NCBI GenBank assembly: GCA_040771865.1
Contig: JAXGZF010000008.1
Coordinates: forward strand, 20,722 to 84,721
DNA length: 64,000 bases
Direction of reading: 5' to 3'
DNA from: Desulfobacterales bacterium
GTDB taxonomy: Bacteria; Desulfobacterota; Desulfobacteria; Desulfobacterales; UBA2245
Shown here: positions 1-8,500 of the stretch, piece by piece
Layout: the number at the start of each line of letters is the position of its first letter
Position numbering within the stretch: the first letter of the stretch is position 1
Position numbers and translations under genes: made by a program
Notes under the pieces: model-generated
What the model was told of the DNA's origin: nothing
The model's input: only the letters and a program-made list of their open reading frames with translations
Database searches by the model: none

Positions 1-1793
1 ACGGAGGTTTTGACGGTCCCCTTGCCCGCTTCTGAATTGATGAAGGTGGTGGATTCGGCTTCGGTGGTGTTCTCGATGTTCGATCCGACCGTGACCGTAC
101 CGCCGGTAGAGGTTATATTCGTGGTGCCCTTCAGTGTGGTAATTGCAGTGGCGTTGGATTCGCTGTAGCTGACGGCAAACGGCGCCGAGCCGGCGGCCTG
201 TGAGCCGATGCTGCCGGCCCCGCCGCCGCTGCGCAGATCCATGCCGCCGGAGGCGCTGGCCACGCTCTCAATTATTGTTTCGGCGTTGATAGTCACGTCA
301 CCGCTGCTGGTGATTGTGGCCCCGTCAAGGGTAACGTAGGATTCGGCGCTGCGGATGCTCACCGAAACGGCCTGGAGCAGCGGGCCGAGCACCGGAATCG
401 CACCGAGAACGGTGCCGAGGATGTCTCCGTAGTCGAGCACCGGGCCCAGTACGTAATTGTTGAAATAGCCCATATCCCCGTCTTCGAGGGGTTTTTGATC
501 CGCCGTGGCGGCCTCGATGGTGACAGACGTCCCGTCGATGGTGGCGCCGGTGATGTTGATGGTGGCGGTCTTGGACTGGACCGCAACCACCGTCAGAGGC
601 GCGGCTAGCATGCTCGTGCGATCGGCCGTGAGGGTGATCTGGCCGCCTCTGATTTCGGCGCCGGTCAAGATGTTGATGCTCACGTCATCCGCCGGGAATA
701 CATCGAGCGGCGAGATGCCGGAATAATCGGTAATTTTCGCCGTGAAGGTGATATCTCCCGTGGTGCTGGTGCCTTCAGTGCTGAGCACGACACCGGGATT
801 GACCGTAATGGACTCCGCTGTGACTTCCAAGGCATGGCCTTCAAAATCGTTCGATTCTCGGAACACAACGGTATCCGACCCGAGGCCGCTGTTGATCGTA
901 AGCGCGAAGGGGGCTGTTGTGCCGAGGTTATCCACGTAAAGGGTGTCGTTACCGGCGCGGAGGTTGATTGTCAGGCTGTTTGTAGGTTTGGCAAAGGAGT
1001 ATTGTTCGAAGCTGGGGATAGATCCTGTATCTGAAATATACAACTGGCCACCCACTTCGGATATAGTCGCTGTGTCGGCTAAAATAGACAGGGTGATTTC
1101 GATATTTTCGGATGTCCCTGAATAAGTGATCGGCTCGAGCCCGGCATAAGTTATGATGTCCCCGTCACGATCGATAATTCCGGAATGGGCATCGAATGCC
1201 TCGTAAGTCAAGCTGCCGTATGTGCCGCCGTCAAGAACCAGACTGTCGAACCCGCCTGCGCCGCCCTCGACGGTTCCGGCCAGGGACCCGTCCTGGGCAA
1301 AGACGAAGGTGTCCTTGTTATCCGCCGCGCCGGTCAGGTTCTCGATGCCGGCAAAGGCCACACTGCCCGTGTCGCCGGCACCGGCCCCGGTGATGTTCCA
1401 GGTCCGGTCTCCGCCGCCGACGAATTCGAGGACGTCGTTGTCCGTTGAGGAGCTATCAATAAAGGAGACAGGTATGGATAAGGGGAGGGTAGAATCCACG
1501 AGGAGGTGGTCGTCGCCGGATGATCCGATAATCTCGATCCCACTGGTATCGGCGGCGGCCTGGCTGGCTACCGCTGTGTCGGTGTCGATATCGATGAGCT
1601 GGAACGTGTCGACTCCGTCGATCTGGTTCAGCTCCAGAGACAGATCCTTTGTTCCATCCATCACGTAGGAAAGGTCGGCCGACAGCAACAACCGCGGCTC
1701 CAGGGGCTCCATCATGGCCTTTCGCTGGGGCTTTCTGGCTGCGGCGGCATCCTTCTTCCGGGCTAATCTGCGTAAATTTCTAGCGATACCCAT
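1..1793 (-). CDS. Giant repetitive LEPR-xLL-leader protein, N-terminal ~597 codons only (gene continues past the left edge of the window)
   Basis: This gene is missing from the ORF track because it has no in-window stop, so I translated it by hand. The ATG (complement of 1791-1793) gives MGIARNLRRLARKKDAAAARKPQRKAMMEPLEPRLLLSADLSYVMDGTKDLSLELNQIDGVDTFQL... and the frame stays open down to nt 1 (...TTFINSEAGKGTVKTS). AGGAGG lies 6 nt upstream of the ATG. The leader is near-identical to those of the two complete giant genes. Confidence 0.85.
   Translation of the reverse strand, partial: MGIARNLRRLARKKDAAAARKPQRKAMMEPLEPRLLLSADLSYVMDGTKDLSLELNQIDGVDTFQLIDIDTDTAVASQAAADTSGIEIIGSSGDDHLLVDSTLPLSIPVSFIDSSSTDNDVLEFVGGGDRTWNITGAGAGDTGSVAFAGIENLTGAADNKDTFVFAQDGSLAGTVEGGAGGFDSLVLDGGTYGSLTYEAFDAHSGIIDRDGDIITYAGLEPITYSGTSENIEITLSILADTATISEVGGQLYISDTGSIPSFEQYSFAKPTNSLTINLRAGNDTLYVDNLGTTAPFALTINSGLGSDTVVFRESNDFEGHALEVTAESITVNPGVVLSTEGTSTTGDITFTAKITDYSGISPLDVFPADDVSINILTGAEIRGGQITLTADRTSMLAAPLTVVAVQSKTATINITGATIDGTSVTIEAATADQKPLEDGDMGYFNNYVLGPVLDYGDILGTVLGAIPVLGPLLQAVSVSIRSAESYVTLDGATITSSGDVTINAETIIESVASASGGMDLRSGGGAGSIGSQAAGSAPFAVSYSESNATAITTLKGTTNITSTGGTVTVGSNIENTTEAESTTFINSEAGKGTVKTS
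1671..1793 (-). other. LEPR-xLL-type N-terminal leader (copy in partial gene)
   Basis: MGIARNLRRLARKKDAAAARKPQRKAMMEPLEPRLLLSADL is rich in basic residues. Its longest hydrophobic run is only about 5 residues. Confidence 0.8.
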
Positions 1794-1797
1794 GACC

Positions 1798-1820
1798 TAC
1801 CTCCTTTGTTCACGAAGGGT
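1798..1820 (-). promoter_or_regulatory. Conserved 5' UTR / Shine-Dalgarno block (paralogous to blocks upstream of the other two giant genes)
   Basis: The minus strand reads ACCCTTCGTGAACAAAGGAGGTA, then 6 nt after the AGGAGG comes the ATG. The blocks upstream of the two complete giant genes read CGCCCTTCATAAACACAGGAGGTG. A perfect TATAAT (complement of 1843-1848) lies ~50 nt upstream of the ATG and may be a -10 box, though that is weak evidence. Confidence 0.6.
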
Positions 1821-2035
1821 ATTACTCCGTTAAGCTGCTGTAATTATAATAAATTATTGTATTTTCATTGAAAATGCGAAAAAAACCGCTTAGCTTTCCA
1901 TATTCTCTTTATACAAATTCGGGTATTGTACCTTGGTACTAATTATATATTTTTTTTTACTATAGAACGCGGCGCGAAATTGATCGGTACCGCCTTTGTC
2001 TGGAAGAGCCCGGGCAGGAATTTTTGAAAAGATGA

Positions 2036-2220
2036 TCAGGAAAATGTCGAACTTGTCGATCGGGTTAAGCTACAATGACAGGTCCTTTTTCCCATCATGC
2101 AGGAGAGAACGGCTGAGAGCATCGGCCTCGCTTCTAAAAGCTCCATTGTTACCTTGCGTCGGGCCTTTCGGGCTAATCCGCGTAAATTTCCAGCGGTACC
2201 TACGGCTTGCCTCCTTTGCT
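2036..2220 (-). pseudogene. Decayed relic of a fourth LEPR-xLL leader / giant-gene 5' end
   Basis: The minus strand reads AAAGGAGGCAAGCC GTA GGT ACC GCT GGA AAT TTA CGC GGA TTA GCC CGA AAG..., translating to (V)GTAGNLRGLARKARRKVTMELLEARPMLSAVLS. This aligns with MGIARNLRRLARK...MMEPLEPRLLLSADL. The ATG has become GTA at 2201-2203, the middle of the leader is shortened, and the frame stops ~25 codons after the LSA motif. An SD-like AAAGGAGG is retained at the expected position. Confidence 0.6.
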
Positions 2221-2492
2221 CACAAATGGTGCTAGCACATGACAAAATTTCCGCTACAATACCGATGAGCACATAAATTTTTGGATACTTTTTTAATAGA
2301 ACCCGGAGGAAAAGGTTCTTTGCCAAAACCTATGCCTATATGACAATGTACTCATTAGTAAATAACTGTATTTGTTAAAATTATAACATAATTATATTCA
2401 AAATAATATAAATTTTTATGCGAACTTGCATCTTGGGAGCAGGCATTATTATCTGCCAGGCAACGGCCTGGAAAGCCCGAATGCGAATTCTT

Positions 2493-2538
2493 AAAAAAAG
2501 AAGAGGGGACCCGGCTGAGTGTATGCGCCAGATCCCCT
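2493..2538 (-). terminator. Rho-independent terminator after the 9,430-codon gene
   Basis: The minus-strand RNA reads AGGGGAUCUGGC-(11-nt loop)-GCCGGGUCCCCU, a 12-bp stem including G.U pairs. It is followed by CUUCUUUUUUUAAG and starts ~35 nt after the stop codon. Confidence 0.6.
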
Positions 2539-2571
2539 GTTTTTGATTGCTTCAATGGAGAAAGTTAAAGT

Positions 2572-5500
2572 CTACACTTCTTCCGCCTCTTCATCCGTGA
2601 ACATGATTTGAATGTTTTCCGTGGGCTCGAACGGATTGCGTTCGCCCTGTGCCCTGGTGATCAGGAATTCCCTCAGCCAGAAATTTTTCTCCATGGCCGT
2701 GGCGGCCGGATCAGGCGCTTCCTCGTCGTCCAGATTCGAGGTGTCCATCACCACCAGGCCGCTGCCGGGCGTCAATCGCTCGCCGGCATCCAGGGCGGCG
2801 CTCATCAGGTCGTCGCTGTCTGCGGGCAGATCCCCGTAGCCCAGCGCATGGCCGATCTCGTGCATCACCACGGTGAGCAGATCCATCCGGTCGGCGTCTT
2901 CGCCGCCCGCAACGGTGAACTCCGTATCGTCAGACGGCGTTCCATCCACATACCAGCCCCATCCGGCCGCATCGTCGTCGATGTAGATCGTATCCGGGGT
3001 GGTCTGGCCGAGGATTCCGCGTCCGCGTCCCTCGAAATCCATGATCTGGAAGTCGATGCCGCCCAGGTCGATCGGTGCGCCCAGGACAGCTTCCCACCGC
3101 GCGATGGCTTCATCCACGATGGGATCCAGCTGCGCCTCCGTCAGCAGCTCAACCTTCGACTGCGGCCCGGTGGCTGTTTCCGCCGCCATCAGCGGGGCGA
3201 GGTCATCGTTGAGAATCGTGACCTCGCCGACTCCATCGGCTATGGTTGCATCACCACCCACAGCGTTGGAAAGCAGGACGTTGAAGGTTTCATCAGGCTC
3301 CCAAACCTTGTCACCGTTGACGATCAGGGTGTAATTCTTTTCTGTCTCGCCGGGTGCAAAGGTGATCGTCGCGTCAGCAACCGCAACATAATCCTCCCCG
3401 CTCACGGCCGTGTCGTCTGCAGTGGCCAGTTTCACGGTCACCGTTTCGGACGAGGCCTGCGAGAGACTGACCGTGACGTTCACCTTGGTCTTGTTGGTCT
3501 TGTTGCCCTCGACGACACTCACATCCGAAATAGAGATCGTCGGCAGGGCAGGGGAGGAGTTATCATCGTCGTTTTCGATGGTGATCGTTCCTGTCCCATC
3601 GGCAATGGCGGCACCCACGGCGTTGGAAAGCAGAACAGTGAAGGCTTCATCGGATTCGAACAGCGTATCGCCGTAAACGGTGAACCACGCTTCTTTGACG
3701 GTTTCACCTTCAGTAAAGATCAGCGTGTCTTCTACGTACTCATAATCCTTGTCCTCGCCGCTATCAGTTGCAGACACGTTCTGCGTCCTGTAATCGACCG
3801 ATACCGTTTCACCGGCAGCGGGAGTCGAGGACAGGGTGAAGGTCAGCTTAACCTCCTTGGATCCGCTGTTGCCTTCCGTCACCAGCGCATCCGAAACCGA
3901 AATCGTCGGCAGGACAACCGGCGGAGGCGCGCTGCCGGCAAAAGCCGGGTCATTGGTACGGACCGTCATCTGGTCGAAGGCGGTTGTCCCGAATGACACC
4001 AGCCCGAATCCGCCGTCCACCAGTGCGGCGTTGAAACCGTAGGTGTCGAGGAATGCGTTGTCGACCAAGATGGAGACCGAGGCGCCGGCGAAAGACAGCT
4101 TCAGGTGGTGTGCCGACCCGTCTTCGAGGGTCTTCGTATAGGTCCGGTCGATTCTCATGCCGCTGTCCGGGGCAACATGGCCGACCTCCACCACGTCACG
4201 TGCCGCATCGATCCGGACAAACTTGAAGTCGTCAAAATCGTAGTAATCGAAGACCAGACCGCCCACACCACCGGGCATCATCGACGCTTCGAGTTCGAGG
4301 ATCGAACTCACCGCGATGCCTGCGCCGAGGTCCGCGAGGCTCACTGCCGGGACTTCTTCCGACCAGCTCCCCGTGAAAAAGCCGCCCTCTGTCAATGCCC
4401 AGTTGCCTGTCTCCTGCTTCAAGACTTGCGCGGCATCCCCCGAGAAATCGTCGATGATCTCGAGGGTGATTTCAGGCGGCAGGACCTGCACCGTGAAGTT
4501 GTCCACCGTACCGCTGCCGCCGTCCATTCCGACGCCGACGAAGCCCTTGTTGAGCGGGATCGGCAGGCCGTCTTCATCCAGCCGCGGATCGAAAGTGTAG
4601 GTGAACCAGGTCACCCCGTCGATGATCAGCGTGACATTGGTGCCGTTAACCGCCACCAGCACGTCATATTGGATGCCCGGCTTGATCCGGACTGGTTGAT
4701 TGGACTTCACGACCTGATGCCAACCGGTTGCATCTCGATAGCCCATCTCGATCTGGTTGGTCGAGACGTTGATCCCGGCGTACTTGAAGTCGATATCCGA
4801 CTGGTAGTCGAAGATGACATAGGCATTCGCCTTGGCGCCGCCGGTAGGCTTGTCCGCCATGAGCAGGGCTCGGACCTCGTAGTAGATCGGCAGGTAGGCA
4901 TCCAGGTTGTAGAAGGCTGTCGCCTGCGTGTCGTAAGAGTCGGCCGCAACATACAATCTGCCGTTGACCGCCTGGAACTTGCCTGTGTCGCGAACGAACA
5001 GGTCCATCGATGCGTTGTTGAAGTCGGACGTTCTCAGTACATCGCGCCGCCCGCCCGGTACGTTGCCGGCCTGCGGGTCTGTCGGGCCGCCGGTCTGGTC
5101 CTGCCAGTAGCCGTGATCCTTCTGGGTTACCAGGCCGATTTCGCCGTAGATCCCGCCCTGCATGGTCGTAACGTTCGAGTAGCGCTGGTTATGGTTCGAC
5201 TGGCCCGTATCGGTGTACCGGGTAATATCTACACCGTCGCCGAATGCCTGGGCGTACAGGAAGTCGAACAGGTGCGGCGGCACCTGCCGGCTGACGGTCG
5301 CAACGCCAAAGGATGCAAACGGTACGATGAAAGAGTTGAATTCGCCGACCCAGTCGATCAGCCGGTCGCCCTTGGTGTTGCCGATCAGGATGTCGAGCCC
5401 CGCGCCGCCGAAGACCCGGTCCTCATAGACCCAATGCGTATCAGGCGTTTCGTCGTAACCGCCCAGCGGGAGCTGTCCGGGATCATTCTGCGGCGGATCG

Positions 5501-8500
5501 GGGTTCACCGTCCCAATCACGTCGTCGGCGTTCATCAGATCGTTGCCGAAGCCGCCGTAAATGTGGTCGCGGCCCGTTCCGCCGACGATCCAGTCGTTGC
5601 CCAGATCGCCAAAAATTGCGTCATCGCCGTCGGTCTGGCGGTATTCCTCCGGGACGTCCGGATCGGGCGTCTGGCCGTCCGGTTTGAATGCAACGTAGCC
5701 CAGCACGCTGACGCCCTCGTTGCTGGTCTGATTGAGGAAGTACTGCTTGAGGACCGGATCTGTGATATCGTCCCCCGTCCAGACCACCGTTTTTCCGTCA
5801 ACCTCATCGAACAGGACAGGCCGGCGCGGGTCGTACTCGTTGTAAAGATAGAACTCGCCAATACGACTCTGGACCGGTTTCGGCCCGTTCCACGGATTGG
5901 TGTCATCACCGAACAGCAGGACGTTGCCAGGGTTGTAAGGATGATCGAAGTCCGTCCGCCAGAGACCGAGCAGATCGCGCTCCTGGCCCTCCTCGTCCAC
6001 TGTGGATCCGTCTATCCGAGGCGCATAGCTTTCCGACAGCGCCTCTCCGCCGGCGATGGCGTCGTCGCCCGATCCGCCGTGCATGAAGTCGTTGCCCAGC
6101 CCGCCGAACAGGATGTCATCGGCGAACATGTGGCTTGACAGCGCCGGATCAGCCGCCCCCAGCTCGGCATCGGTCAGGTTGAACGGCGTCAGATCGACGG
6201 ATTTCTTCAATTCGCCCGAAACATTGATCAGCTCGCTCTGGACGTTGCCCGGCGTATGGATCAGCTCGTCGAGGACGTTGCCCTGGCTGGTCCGGGTGTC
6301 CGGATCCCTGTCGAGCAGCGCCTCGACCCCGTACAGACTCTCAGCCAGCGTTTCATCGGAGGTATTGCGGCTGGTGAAAATCCTGCCGTCGTCGCCCAGG
6401 ATGCCGTCCGTACCGGTACCGCCGGAGATCCAGTCATTGCCCCAGCCGCCGATGATGTCGTCACTATCGGCATCACCAAACAGCCGGTCGTTACCGCCCT
6501 GGCCATAGATAAAGTCATCACCGGTCTCGCCGTGGACTTCATCGTGGCCGCCGATGTCCGTTGTTGCCCAGATGCCGAACATGGCCCGGAAGTCACCACC
6601 AGGATCTGTCTCCGAGAACTCTGTGGGTTCGAAGTCCGGCCCGCCCGGTGTGTAGTCCAGCAGCCGGATGCCGCGCACTACGATCTTCTCACCGCCGTAG
6701 GTGTCGTAGTTGAAGGTGACGTAGTTCTGTTCCGTCGGAGTCGGCTTGACTTCGGGATTTGGGTTCACATCGTCGCCGTTGATGCCGACGATGCGGATGA
6801 TATCCGCGTTGTCGCCCGCGATCGCATCCGAATCGCGGCCGTGCTTGCTGTCGTACGGGGTGCCATCGGTGATCGAAACGATGTCTTCACCGAAGGTCTG
6901 CGGATCACCGTCCGTGTCCGCCTCCGGGTCGAACCCGTTGTTGCGGTCGATCTGCGTCCCGGCGCCGCCGAAGATGTAGTCATGGCCGTCCGGTCGGCTG
7001 TTCGCGTCGGTCAGACTGAAGAAGCTCGAGCTGCCGCCGATCAGGTCGTCCTGGCCGAGGCCGCCGAAGATCGTATCGCAGTCGCCGCCGCCCTCGATGT
7101 AGTCCTCGCCGTCCGAGGCCGCTTCGAAGCTTGCCACCACCTTCAAATCACCGATCGGCACCTCAAGGGTGGCCGCTACGCGTGCCGCACCCACATGTCC
7201 TGTAGCCGCCACTGCACTCTCGATCGAACCGTCGCCCTGGATGATGTCGCAGCCGAGCTGGCCGAAGATCTCGTCATTGCCGGCGCCGCCGGCGATGTAG
7301 TCGTTGCCGAAGCTGCCGACGCCGACAAGAGCCGGTCCGCTGGTAAACATCGGATCACGATCAAAGGTGTGGAGATCGGCATAGTCAATCTCGTACTCGG
7401 CCCACCACTGCGGTCCCGTCGGGTCACGATAGAGCTTCGCAATACCGTCAGTCAACAGGCGGCCGCTGTTGTCTTCATTGATCGGATCGCCGTCATAGGC
7501 CGGGCTTTCGTTCGATTCGGCCGCAAAATCAGTCCGTCCGTAAAGTAACGTGCCGGAGAGGCTTTGGAACCGCAGGTTCTCGATATCGTCGATCAGACTG
7601 TCGTCATAGGCCCCGCCCATGCGGGTCAGGTAGACGTTGTCGCCGAAGATCAGGTCGTCGCCTTCCAGACCGTCGATCATGTCGTTCCCGGCGCCGCCGA
7701 TCAGAATATCGTCGATATCGGTGCCGTAGATCGTGTCGTCACCGCCGTTCTGGAGCTCGCCCGAGTTGATCTCAAGCACCGAGGCAAGGTCGGTCGTCTG
7801 GATCTTCTGCAGCAGGACCGGCGGCAGGTTGGGGTCTTCCACGTACTGCACGATCACGCCGTGGTCGCCGAAGATGATGTTTTCCTGATCCTGCAAACCG
7901 CTGCCGTTGCCGTCAATCACATCCCGGCCCGCCTTCAGGTCGTCCAGCACCGGTGAAGGCGCCGGCTTGAAGGTATTGTCTGTCTTCGGCAGATCCTTGT
8001 CCACGGAAGGTTCGGGACTGTTGTCCTCGGTGGGGATCTGGAGCGCACGGGTCAGAATATTCACGTTCACGCCGCTGTCGCCGTAGATGTGGTCCACGCC
8101 GCGCTGGCCGAGAATCGTGTCGTCGCCCGATCCACCGGCCAGGTGGTCGCCCGCCTGGCTGCCGATGATCAGATCGTCACCCGCACCGCCGTAAGCGGTG
8201 AAGCCAACCGTCGGCACGGCGCCGGCATCCGCCTCCGCAGCAAACAGCGCACTTGCATCGATGATGTCGTTACCGGCGAGCTTGTAAGGATTGGCAAGCG
8301 GGAAGACCCACTCGTCGTCCTCGTTGTCCTCGTCGGGGAGCATTGGGAACGGATCAAAGGGTTTCTCGCCGAACTCGAGGCCCAGCCGGTCGGACGTGTG
8401 CCCGGAGTACCATACACCGTCCTGGCTGGTGTCGCCGTAAACGACAAGCGGGCTGTCCGGTCCTGCCCCGCCGGTAATCACGAAGTGATCGCCGCCGACG

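Noticed and set aside
2441-2462. A sigma-54-like promoter on the minus strand (CTGGCAGATAATAATGCC) upstream of the relic and the third giant gene
   Set aside because: The GG-to-GC spacing is 11 nt instead of the required 10, and the -12 element is TGCC rather than TTGCW. No equivalent element occurs upstream of the other two giant genes.
4105-6138. Long plus-strand ORFs inside the giant genes, for example 4105..6138 (677 aa), 6256..7548, 13261..14610, 32814..34706 (630 aa), 37281..38702 and 38958..40685 (575 aa)
   Set aside because: All lie entirely within, and antisense to, far longer minus-strand ORFs that carry recognisable RTX, LamG and Calx-beta motifs. Their translations are R/G/V/H/A/D-rich with no motifs. 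This is the usual stop-poor antisense frame of GC3-rich coding DNA.
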